A stretch of 58,400 nt of DNA, filler included, from Basidioascus undulatus (lineage: Eukaryota), in assembly GCA_000826855.1 (NCBI GenBank). It is 5 parts of 5 records of this genome, joined end to end, with 100 filler letters (N's around TTAATTAATTAA, not from the genome) between each part and the next. Parts side by side here need not be neighbours in the genome. Positions count along the whole stretch, not along the records: positions 22,838 to 50,801 come from JTLS01000154.1; 4 more parts are not named here. One strand, written 5' to 3'. This document shows, piece by piece, positions 25,140 through 36,949 of this stretch. The position numbers and the translations under genes were made by a program. The notes below the pieces were generated by a model. It was given only the letters and a program-made list of their open reading frames with translations. It made no database searches and had not been told where the DNA came from. The first letter of the stretch is position 1. Every line of letters starts with the position of its first letter.

Positions 25140-28021
25140 ATGTATGCCTGAACGATCCCACCATCGGTATCGGCTGAGCTAACGCCTGTTTTTCGCTGCA
25201 GGACCACTTCCGACGCGGCGACTTCGGGCCCCTCCCACACGGCCTCGACGGCGTTCCTCGAGGCGCTCAAGCTCGCCGGCGTAAACATTGTGTTCACCAA
25301 TCTTGGCTCAGACCACCCTTCGTTCGGTGCGTACACGAGCCATTAGCCTACCTCACTCCGCCTGACCACCAGTGGCTTGAACGCAGTCGAGGCAATCGCG
25401 CGAGGCAAGGCGGAACAGAACGAGAAACTGCCCGAGTTCGTGAGCGTCACGCATGAGATGGTGCAAGTCGACCTCGTGCCTATGGCTTCATGGTATGGAT
25501 GCTGATCTGCCCGAGCCGTTTCCAGCGCCCTGAGTGCCGCGCAGGGGTACTACCAGGCCACTGGCAAGATGGCAGGGCTCTTGCTGCATGTGGACTGTGG
25601 TATGAGTTTTCGATCAGCTATACCATCAGCCGTGGAAGTCATTCACCTAATGTTACGGTGACTATAGGCTTGCTCAACGCCGGCGGTGCGATCCACAACG
25701 TGTTCCGAGCACGGGTGCCTGTTGTGGTGCGTCTCAACCCCTCAGCTGTAAGGCGGTCAACTGACACTGAGTATACTTTCTAAACAGGTCTTTTCTGGTC
25801 TGTCGCCGATTACGCAGGAGGACGAGCTTCGCGGCTCACGTAGCGAGTTCATTCACTGGGTGCGAAGCCTTTCACTGCTTCCCGGGGCTCGGCAACCACG
25901 CGACTTACCCATTGTTTTTTCCAGGTGCAAGGTACTTTTCAAAATTGTCCAGAAAATTTGATATTTCTCACGGACCTGACCGATGTCTCGTTCCCAGACG
26001 TTCATGATCAGGCCGGCATCGTCCGAGGTTACACGAAGTACACTTACGAGTTCAGGTTCGTCTCGTTCCATTGGTCAGAAAGATATTCTTCCCATATAGG
26101 CTGGGATTAACATTATGTCTCATCAGGACCGGACGCAACATCGGTCAAGTGACCATGCGTGCGGCGCAGATAGCCATGTCCGAGCCGCGAGGGCCAGTGT
26201 ACGAAAGCCTACACCGCAGTACCCGTCGGGTATGCGCTGACTGTGGTGTACTCCCATTGCTGATAGGTACCTCTTTGGATCCCGTGAGGTCATGGAAGAA
26301 GAGCTCCCCTCGCCAGTGCCGATCAATCCTTCGCATTGGCAAGCTGTCGAGCCGAGCGGTGCGTACAGCTTTCACTCGCTGCGTCCTCTTCCGCTCTGCT
26401 GACCTGCCCCCATTCGGAACAGCTTTGAGCCCCTCCGCAGTCAACCTGGTCAAGGACCTCCTCCTGTCCGCCCAGAACCCCCTCGTCGTCACTTCGTGGC
26501 TCGGCAACTCCGACAAGGCGGTCGCGGAGCTCGTCAGACTCGCCGAACGCCTTGCAATCCCCGTCGTGGACGCCACACCGTTCGCGGTCAACTTTCCTAC
26601 GACTCATCAGCTTTATGCCGGCTCGCATTGGACGGGCGGGGGGCAAAATGCTCTCCTGGCGGAGGCCGACGGCAAGTCATCCATTTCGCTGTGCATAAGC
26701 AACCTCTGGTGCTTACCATCCACCCACAGTTGTCCTCTTGCTCGACTCCGACGTCCCCTGGATCCCTACCCAGAACCAGCCCTCCGCCGATGCGACTTTG
26801 ATCCACATCGACTCGGACCCGCTCAAGGCGCCCATGCCGCTTTTCTACGTCGCCGCACAGCACCGTTACCAGGTCTCCTCGGCGGTAGCGCTTGAGCAGC
26901 TGAACGCTGCGCTGCCTGAGGAGTTCGAGCCGAAGCAGGCGGACGCCATATCCGCTCGCAATTCAAAGGCGGCGAAGCGCTCCGAGGAGAGGAAGAGCCG
27001 CTTGCGTGAGGCCGAGACGCCGCAGAAGGGGCTGCAGGGCCCTCAAAGCGCGGCGGTCGCGCTGGGGGCGCTTCGGAAGGTCTTGCCGGAGGACACTGTC
27101 GTCATCAGCGAGGCCATCAGCAAGTACGTTTGTCTACTTTACTAAGAGCATTAAGTTAGCATGTTCCGTCGACAAGCTGACAGACCGTCCGTGTCGTTTT
27201 CAGTTATGCAGTCGCGCTGGACCATCTCATGTTCACCGATCCGCGACGCTACTTTACATCGGGTGCGTCCAGAAGAAGGCAGAAAAAATAACAGCAGAGA
27301 CTGACAATTTGTCCTCTGAAGGCGCGTCCTCGCTCGGGTACCATGGCGGTGCGGCTGTCGGCGCCAAGCTCGGGCTGCAAGCTGGAAAGGGCAGAACGGG
27401 AACGAACGCATTTGTGTGCGCGGTGACTGGTAAGTCATGTATTTCCTGCTCTCGGGACTATGCTGGGCGCTGATCGGGAAGTCGCTTTAAAGGTGACGGC
27501 AGTTACATGTTCTCTGTGCCGTCCACGGTCCAGCACCTGGCGTCCAAGAACAACGCGCCCTTCTTGACTGTCGTCCTCTCGAATGTGAGTTGCGACACCC
27601 TGTTTAAGACTTTCCAGACCGCACATCCAAACTGCGCTTGATCGTATCTGACACTGCCGTGATCCTAATACAGGGCGGCTGGAAGTCGCCGAAGCTTTCG
27701 ACCCTTCTGGTTCACCCTACCGGTGCGTTGTCGTGCGCGCCCACAATTCTTACCATCTCCCAGATGCTCACATCCTTGGGCGTGCTCCCAGGCTTCGCCT
27801 CCTGCGTGCACGCCGACGCGCTCGGCGTGAGCTTCGGACCTGCTGCGACCCGCCCAGACTTCGCTGCGCTGGCAGTCGCGGCAGCCGGTGGCTTAACGAA
27901 GGCTTGGGGGAAGCGTGTTGTGTGTGGCGCCGAGGACTTTGAGGACACGCTAAAGGATGCGGTAGATGTTGTCCTCAAAGGGCGCAGCGCGACCGTGGAG
28001 GTCATCATTCCGGAGCTGTGA
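25140..28021 (+). CDS. Thiamine-pyrophosphate-dependent enzyme (acetolactate synthase/decarboxylase superfamily)
   Basis: AFLEAL..FTNLGSDHP, HE motif, ALSAAQGY, HVDCG, ELRGSRSEFIHW, DVHDQAGIVRGYTK, EPRGPVYL and TPP motif GDGSYMF...VVLSN..GGWKSPK. About 17 short introns. Confidence 0.9.
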
Positions 28022-28715
28022 CGGAGGCGGTCGGCTGTCGACCTTCTTGTAAGGTTGTATGGGCACTGCGATAGATTGAAGATTTTTGTTTCTACACAAA
28101 GCTACAGTTAGGTTGTTTGGTTGCGAATCCCGATATGAATTCTGGATCTTCGGAGCCGTCGTGCGCCAGCGGTCGAGTGAGGCGTGCAGAACCATTCAAC
28201 TTACTTCGTCAGTTGTTGCCTCCAAAAGGGCATTGGACCCAAAAGTGTATCTGCATGTAACAGAGTTTAACCAAAAAAGATACGTCAGAGCCGGAAGGAG
28301 GTGCACGGGCAGTCGCAAGCGTAAAGTTGCCCATCGGCACCGTCAAGCATAGGTACTCTATGTCCTCCCTCATAAAGAACTCGCATTTCATGGTTACTGA
28401 GATGTCATTCTGTTGATGGTTGATTCACTGAGGACCTATCCCAGCGCTGCCAAGTTGAGAACAACCGCACACGGCGGCAGTAGATCTCCGGACGAAGAGA
28501 CCTGGAAATGTTACTCAATTTCACACACAGAACCGCACGTTTCGTTAGAAACATTATTATGTATCATTTCGTCGTCTCGGGGTCGTGGGTTCGTCCGTGA
28601 ACGTAACAAGAAGGGGAAACGGCAATGCTAGTACAAACAACAGGAGAGTAACAAGAAGCTGGACCGACGCCGTCGGTCATGAAGAATCAAAAGAACCGAA
28701 AGAGCCAAAATGTAA

Positions 28716-30857
28716 TCAAGCGGCGAAACGCAGCGTGGCCAACCTGGACCACGCCCAGACGAGCAGAGCGATGAGGCAGTACTTCAAGATCAAGTCTGAA
28801 AGGGCGTAATCTCAAGAATGTCAGACGGATGCTGATCATATCACGGGGCGAACATTTGGAACGTACCAAAGTAGCAGATCGACGCAGGCCTGCTGTCGAC
28901 CTTCGCCTTGCGGCGGGCCTCCTTGCCTGCGTGGCCCTGTGCCTCGGAAACGGCGGAGCGGTAGCCGTCCAACAAGCCCTCCATGACAGCGTGCCAGCTC
29001 CCACGGCTGCGGCCCTCCGCCGCGGCGTTCGCGGCCATCGTGCGCCTACGGTTGTGGTCGGACGCCAGCGTGAGGAGCAGGTCGGAGTACGCGCGCGCGG
29101 ACGCGTTGAAGGGAGCGCTGAACGGCGTTGCGAGGTGCTCGGCCCAAGTCGTCGAAGTGGAGGGCAAGGGAAGGAGAAGACCAGTGGAAGACGGGGAGAC
29201 GAGGTCGCGCGTGCCCTCGGCGTCGAGGCCGACGACAGGCAGACCAGACGTGAGCGCCTCGAGGACGACTTGGCCTGCCGAAGGAGACACCGTCAGCATG
29301 GGTACCTCTTGAGGATGGGCCTTGAAGCGTACCGAAGGTCTCAGTGAAAGAGGGGAAGGCAAAGATGTCGGCGCTCGCGAAAGTCGTAGCGAGGTCCTTG
29401 CCCGACTTGTGCCCAGTGAAGACCGCATCGATGCCGCGCTCCTTGCAGAGACTCTCGAGCTCGGCGCGAGCCGGCCCGTGGCCTGTAAAGACGAGCTTGC
29501 AGGAGAGAGAGCGAGGGAGCATGTCGAACGCGGACACCAAAAGGAGGAGGTTCTTTTCCCAGCTCAAGCGGCCGACGTAGAGGATGATGAGCGAGGACGA
29601 GATCGGGGGCACATCGGCGCCTGCGTCGGCGCCAACTGGGAAGAGGTCCGGCGACGGCGGGGGCGTGAGTGGAGCGACGACGCCCTGCGGGAGGAGCGGG
29701 ATGTCGCCGGCGGCCTTTGATGCCTGCACCGGCTGGCCAGCGATCATGTCGGGCTTGAGTCCCCAGGACGCCCGCAGGGCGTCGTCGCGCAAGTGCGGGC
29801 CGAAGAGCGTGAGGTCGACGCCACGCGACCAAACCTTGACATTGTTGAAGCCGCGCTCGCATAGGATGGCGGCGGTCGAAGGCGAGGGACAGAAAACAGC
29901 TTGGCACCTGAGAACAGACACGAGGTTAGAATCCAATTCAACAGGAGGCGCAAGGGGTGTTCGCACTGGTTGTGCAGGTGAAGCAGCCAGTTCCACATCG
30001 TGCGCTCGAGCCACGGCATGCCGAAGAGGCGGGCATATCTAAATCGGCGCCAAAAATATCAGTATCCTTTGTCAACAAGATGCTCTTATGGGTCCGGCAG
30101 CAACGTACGTGGGGAGGTTGGTGTGATAGCTCGTGACGCAGGCGATCCCACTCTTGTCCCACAAGCCGCCGCAGATGCCGAGTTGAAGGGCGGTGATGAA
30201 CTGACCGCCGAGCCAAACGGGTTCCACAAAGTGGATAACATCGGGAGACTGGCCAAAGAAAGAAAGTCAGTCAGACACGACGCCAGTCTTCCATGCGTAC
30301 GAGGCGCAGACGCACAAATTCTTTGATGCGGTGGAAGAACAGCGGGCGGACGAAGTTAAGCTTGAGTTGCGGGTAAACAATCAGCGGCAGGCCGAGCGTG
30401 CCAAACACCGGCTGCGAGGCGTATTCATGCTGTCGTCCACGCGTGAAGTGAATGTGGCGAAGTCAGTTTTCATCCGTTCCATGACAAGCATTGGCAACTC
30501 ACAACGCCGGTCGCAGGCCCCAAGACGATTGCCTTGTGTCCCTCCGCCTCGATGTGCTCGAGGAGCCTGGCGAGTGTCCTAGTCACGCCGTCCACCTGGG
30601 CAGCGGCCCGCAAACATCCGCTCAGTCATGACGTCCTGATCGCACACAGAACATGGAACTGCTTGGCAGCCCTACCTTCGGCAGAAAGTTTTCTGAAAAG
30701 GGAAGGGGATTCAGTTTCTGCTGTTGACTCGAACACCTGAACAGTCCTACGCACCGGTAACAATAGCAATTCTGAGACGCTTGGACTTCGGTTGCTGCGT
30801 AGCAGCGGCCTCGAGCTTTGGGCTCGACGCGACAAGAGGAGCGGCGGCAGCGGTCAT
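28716..30857 (-). CDS. Family GT4 (GT-B) glycosyltransferase with C-terminal hydrophobic segment
   Basis: LRIAIVT|ENFLPK|VDGVTRTL, SYHTNLPTY, WSRGVDLTLF, LYVGRLSWEKN and FAFPSFTETFG|QVVLEA (EX7E). Final exon LILKYCLIALLVWAWSRL. Confidence 0.9.
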
Positions 30858-31576
30858 TGCAGCAACTGCGAAGTCCAAGAGGCGCACGAGGGTCGTCTGG
30901 CGAGAAGAACGCGATGTGGACAGTCAAAAGTCGTGAGCGCTGCTGTGGCGAGTTGACCGCAACAGCGAGCGAAAGGGTGGCGGTCGAGGTTGAAAGTGGT
31001 GGTCAGGGTGAAGAAACGACCGGCAGTTCGAAGTGTTCGGAGCGGAGAGTCCGCCCCCCAGAACATAGATAAAGTACGGAACTACGTTCCCCAACCAAAC
31101 AAGGAGAGGTCAAGAGCAGAGCGTCTGGGCGTGCGGCGCGTGCGAGCCTTCGACAGCGAGAACATGAGCGCGACGCGAAGCACATTAGCGGCGGCGGCAC
31201 GGGGCAGGGCGGGGAAGCATGTTTGGGCGCGGTCGCAGAGCGGCGAATCCGCACGCACGTGTACGGGAAAAAATACTGGAGAGCAAGACGAAGCCAGCAC
31301 AGCTAAGTCTGTTTGAAAGAACAAAGCGGCGTGAGATCGACTGCACGTGCGCGGCTCTTGATTGGCTCGCGCTTAGCGCCTGCCACAACCGATGCGAGGT
31401 ATGGCTGCCTCGCAGATTTCACTGCTAATTGCTTTCCCAAGCAAAGCGTGAGTGAGCCATTGCGCATAATACGATTGCGCGGACATAGCGTGGTACGAAG
31501 GCAAACGTTGGAGTTGTAGTTCGCCGCAAGCCCGTGATAAGGGAGGGAGCGCGCAAATCTGCATGGGCCAAACACA

Positions 31577-32667
31577 CTACAGATCCAGCGTATGACGATG
31601 CTTGAACTTGCGCCCCGCCCGATCGCCTGAGCGGTAAGCAAAGTTATTGCCGTGTAGTTCGAAGGCGAGACGGGGCGTGTCGGTCGAGGTCGCGAGCGGC
31701 GGATCGGATGAAGCCGAAGCGGTCGGAGATGGAGAGGGCAGCGGGATAGAAAAAGAGAAGATAGAATTGACTTTGGGGACGACTGGGAGAGCGAATATGC
31801 GTGAGCTCGGAGGCACAGAGGAAGAAGACAAGCAGGGCGCACTCTTGAGCTCGTTCTTTGGCGTCACGAGCTTGAACGTGTTCTCTGACTCCATGATGAC
31901 AATGCCCTCCAAACCGATTAGCGACGGGCTCTTGCTCTTGCCGACTATATGGGCCAGGAGTCAGACGCATATCCGAACATTCGAGTGGACCGAAGGACGC
32001 ACCGCTCAGCAGGGCGCCGTGGAAGTCGGCCTTGACGAGCTTCGCCTGCATGCCCGCCACAGTGGTCGCGTTCGGAAGCGCGACCTCTTTCTCCTTGCCC
32101 TTCCTCATCACTTCAGAAAGGCCAAGGAGTTCGTGCATGTACCCGACCCAAAGGCGATGCAGAGCTAGGAAGCGATCGTATCTACGGGGCCGGCCGACCT
32201 TTAGCTCTCATACCGCGCTCCCTCAGAGCTTGCCAAACTCAACGCACCTTATCGCATTCCGATCCACCTTCCACACTCCCAAGTCCCTTCTCTCCCGGCC
32301 AGTCAATCCCTTAACTTTCCTTGCCTGCTTCTCCCGCGCGTGGCGCTCGCGCTCCTCTATTCGGCGCTTCTTGTCTGCCGACTCGCGCGGAGGGTTTTCG
32401 AGCAGGAGCTGCTTCCCCTCGACCTTGGACGCATATGTTTGTGCCGGGTGCGACGTCGGAGCCAAATGCGACTGAGTGAACCAGGAGGCAAAGCTCGGGC
32501 CGCTCGCTGATGGCGCTGGCGTGCCGGCTTGTGAGCTCTGCGAAGTAGCCACGAGTTCAGCTTCTTCGCGAACCCTCTTCCAAGCTGGTCGTGGTGGCTT
32601 TACGCACGCGGACAAGGGCCGAGAGGGGCTTGTAAGGGTCCATCGGTACAGGCGGTGCAGTGCTCAT
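31577..32667 (-). CDS. POP4: RNase P/MRP subunit p29
   Basis: KLVKADFHGALLS, KSKNPSLIGLEGIVIMESENTF, VPKVNSIFSF and FELHGNNFAYRSGDRAGRKFK. Confidence 0.9.
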
Positions 32668-33632
32668 GGCGCTCAGCGAGTCTGTGATGTGAGGCGCGAG
32701 GGTAGGCGAAGGTCCAGATTCTTGAGAAAGTAAAGATCGACGCGGAGAAGACGAGCTGGTCGCCCGAGCAGCGCGCAGTCAAGCGCAGCGCGTGGCGCGG
32801 AGAACCGATGGATCCCCGGCACCCGAGTTGCCGTACGCACTTAAATCGGGCGTATACTTTTCTTTGTACATTTGGCTATTATTATTTTTGATTGTTGCAG
32901 CACCTCCGCCAACGGCCCGCTTTCATTGACGCCAAACACCTTTCCCATGCCTGGTCTTCTCCTCATTTCCTACCCCGGTTTTCCTCCGTGCGTACAAATG
33001 TTGGTCTGCAACAGGCCATGAGCTTGGTGTCGCGCCCGCAAAGCCAAGCAAACAAGCATTAATCAAGGAGAATGAAGGAGTGCCTTGCGTGACCACCAGG
33101 CGGCCGAAGGAGGTCTCACTCATCTGTCAAGCCTGGCAATCCAGCCGCGTCTTCTTCGATCGTCCTGCTTTTTCTGGCTCGCGTGCCGGGTAACAGCATG
33201 TACAGTATCAGAAACATGATCTGCACCTCCTCTCTTCATGGATACTGCGAATACGGCGACAGTCCTCTTGCTCTCTCCCCCCTCCACCGTTTCTACTCGT
33301 CTTTGCCATCTCTGTTGCTTTACCTCCTGTGCTCCCCACCCCCACCCCTCCTCTTCCACATTCAGACTGCCGCCTTCCTGCTGTGCGCCCACGCCCCGTC
33401 GCCTTCTATCCGCCAAGGACTAACGACAGAACTTCCTGCATACTCCTCGTTGATCAGTTGTGCATAGGATTGTGTTTACACGGCTTTGCCGTCCGCCGCT
33501 CTTTATCGCCCAGTCAACAGAAAGTGCGCCTTGTATTATTTTGTGGCGAACATCTCTCATCCAGAGCTCACCGTATTCTCTTGCACCGCCAGCCCTCCTT
33601 CCGACCTTCGAATATCGCTCCCTTCATCCGCG

Positions 33633-36600
33633 ATGCTCTCCCTCCGAGCGGCACCGCTCACGGTGGCAGCTGCGCTGCTTACCTTCTCTTCCGCTCAAGC
33701 TTCGTTCCTTGAACACGCTTATCAGAAGCGGGCCATCACGACCAACCACAACCAGCTGAACGGCAAGACGTTTGACTGTACGCTTCTGTTTATCCCGTCG
33801 TACCCTTGTCTTGGACGCGTCTTCTTACCCAGTGGTGCAGTCATCGTCGCCGGTGGCGGTACGGGTGGCTTGGCTATCGCTGCGCGTCTTGCAGGTGAGT
33901 TTCTCAGCCTCTTCGGAAACGCGATGAATACGGTCTCGTTAGTGACTGTGGGAGCAACGATTAGAAAACTCTTCTGTGACAGTCGCGGTTATTGAAGCGG
34001 GCACCCATGGCTCGGATCGCTTTGAGTCGGTGAGTTACGAGCTTCTATAGATTGTGTGCTCCATTGACTGTTTTGGGACCGCCTTAGATTGTCATCCCCG
34101 GAAACTCCTACCTCAACGGCACGGCAGGCACTGATGCAGACTGGTACGGCAGTGAACACTTCGACTCGCGTCTTACCGCTGACCCAACAATGCTCATTCA
34201 AGGCAATACCGGACTGTTTCTCAAACTTACGCCGGCAACGCGGAGAAGAGCTGGCCGCGTGGCAAGGTCCTCGATGGCTCGTCCGCTACGAACGGCATGT
34301 TCTTCTGCCGTGCCAGCGAGCCCGAGTACGACGCATGGGCGACCCTGAACGATGGACGCGCGCAAACCTGGGACTGGAAAGAGTACGTTCGGACAGCCCG
34401 GGTACTTGACAAGCAGCGAGCTCACATTGCCTATGACACTCTCAAGGTCCAGTCTCACATGAAGAAGGCGTAGGACGGCTTTCTTGCTACTCCATGTTGG
34501 ACAGAACTTGACGATTGCCGCTTCTTCCAGTGAGACTTTCGCTCCCCCTACCGACACTCCAGCATCGTCTTTCAACATCTCGTACGACACCGGCTCCCAC
34601 GGCAGCAGTGGCCCCATCCATAGCGGCTACTCGGGCTATATCTATCGTGCGGCCCATTCTCATTGATGGCTTGACCTCTTCGAATGACACAGGCGTTCTC
34701 TTCCAGCGGATGTTTGGCGTTGGTTCCAGCTCTCACCAGCCTCGGCGTTCCTTTGGTGAAGGATCTCGCGAGCGGTCTCGGTCGCGGCGTGGGCATTGTG
34801 AGCAATCGGACTTCCCCTTTTGAGATTGTTGCCGCCTTCTTACCACTTCAACTCTCGCTTCAGACCACCTCTGCCATCAACCCGACAAACATGACCCGCT
34901 CGGACAGCAAGACGGGGTACATCGACCCGCACAACCCCTCCAACCTCGTCATCCTCATTGGGCATCGCGTCACGAAGATCAACTGGGCTACCGGCTCTAG
35001 CGGCAACGCGACCGCGTCTGGCGTCGTGTTCGCGGCCGAATCAGACGGCAACAGCGGCACGCGCTACAACGTCAACGCTGCAAAGGAGGTCATCCTCGCG
35101 TAAGTAAATGGTCGTCGTGCTTTTCCCCTGCCAGGACGTTGTCAACTTAGCTATCTGAATCTCAGTGGGGGCACCGTCAACAGTCCGCAGATCCTTCAGC
35201 TTTCTGGCGTCGCATTGTCTTCGTTCCTGTCCAGCGTCAACATCGACACTGTCGTCGACCTGCCTGGCGTTGGCCACAACCTCCAGGAACACTGTGCGCC
35301 CCATACTTTTGCCCTTTCTCTTGCCGAGCAACGCTGACCATGTCTGCGATACAGACTCGACCGCGGTCTACTTCCAGACTTCCAGTCTGACCGACACCTG
35401 GACAAAACTTGAAGAACAACGGTTCGCTCGCCGCGGAGCAGCTTGAGCTGTACTGGCAGGACCCTGCGTCGAGCCAATGGAGCTACGTCAACGAGGTCAG
35501 TTTCAGTACCCTCCAACCCACACGAAGTTTGCCAACCCTGACCTGCTCATTCCAGGCTATCGGCTATCTTTCCGCTGCCGACATTTTTAATGACCGTGAG
35601 GATACTCTCCGCCATGTTTCAGGCGACCGTTTGACGTTCTTTGCCTCGACTTTCTTTTCATTTAGCGGGCCACTCTTTCGCCTCTGGCATCGAGATCGAC
35701 GCGATCGTGGAGCTCAACAAGGACCACAACCCCGAAGCGGACGACACCGTCCTTGCCGGCTACAAGAAGCAGCACGCACTGACCAAGGAGTTCCTGTACG
35801 TGTTATGCGTTCAATAGCCTCTCTGTGATACCTTTCTGATTCCGGTTCGTCTACAGGTCAAACGACGTCGGCCAGTTCGAGGTACGAATGAGAGCAAAAG
35901 CCATTCATTGCGCACAAACTTAAACCTCGCATGTAGGTCCTCTTCACCATGCTTGGTGGATCGGAGGGCATCGTCGGTATCCAGGTACGCCTCGTAATCG
36001 TGTCTGCAGCGGACTCAACTTACAGCTCTGCGTCCCGTCTTGCAGTTCGCGCAGCAGCACCCCTTCGCGCGTGGCAGCATTCTCATCAACTCGACGAACC
36101 CCTTCGACAAGCCGGCTATCAACCCGAACTGTCGATCTTTTGTCTACGGCATTTCCTTTCAAACATGAATCTTATTTTGCCCGAGTTTCCCAGACCTTGA
36201 CAACGACTACGACAAGATGCTCGAGCGCGCCGCTTTCAAGCTCGTTCGCCAAATCGCTGCCACCGACTCTTTCGGTGCGCCTTCCGTGGAACTTGCCTAA
36301 TATGGCACCAGCTGACCTTGAATGTCTTCTCAGCCGGCTGGGTTGAGTCTGAGTCCTACCCCGGCAACGGGACGAGCTCGGACGACGATATCGACAACTA
36401 CATCGCTACGAGCGGCGGCACCGTGCGTGTCCACGATTACTATGGCGGCCCAGTCCTACGGCGCTGATTTGTGGACTATAGGAGTATCACCCGCTCGGGA
36501 CGGCGTCCATGCAGCCGAAGGAGGATGGCGGCGTCGTTAACACCGAGCTTCTGGTGTACGGCACGAGCAACGTCCGCGTCGTGGATGCGTCGGTGCGTAT

Positions 36601-36949
36601 CTTTAGCACCATCGTCGCTGCCCTCTGGCTAACAAGCCTGCGTCGCAGATCATACCGCTTCAAATCTCTGCTCACTTGATGCATTCGTATGCACAAGAAC
36701 TCTCCAAGCTGCTGTGACACACTGCTGATGCGCCTATGTTGGTCGGACAGGGTGTACGGCGTCGCGGAGAAGGCCGCCGAGATCATCGAGAAGAAGTACA
36801 ACCCCGACTTGACGTCCACGGGCGGCAGCTCGACGTCCACGGCCCGGCCCGAAGATGCGGGTTCGGGCGCTTCGACAATGTCGACTCGCTCCGTGATTAT
36901 TGGCTGCGTGTGCGGTGCAGCCGGGCTCGCCGTCATTGCTGTGAGCTAA
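33633..36949 (+). CDS. Secreted/membrane-anchored GMC oxidoreductase (AA3_2-type, His/His catalytic pair); two apparent frameshifts
   Basis: Signal peptide, [62 protein letters not shown] and SAHL. Frame breaks at ~34723 and ~35405. The gene may extend to 37778. Confidence 0.88.

Noticed and set aside
25000..25200. TPP riboswitch in the first intron of the TPP-dependent enzyme
   Set aside because: The intron is only 60 nt and, apart from a GCTGAG, lacks the rest of the aptamer consensus. An Rfam RF00059 scan would settle it.
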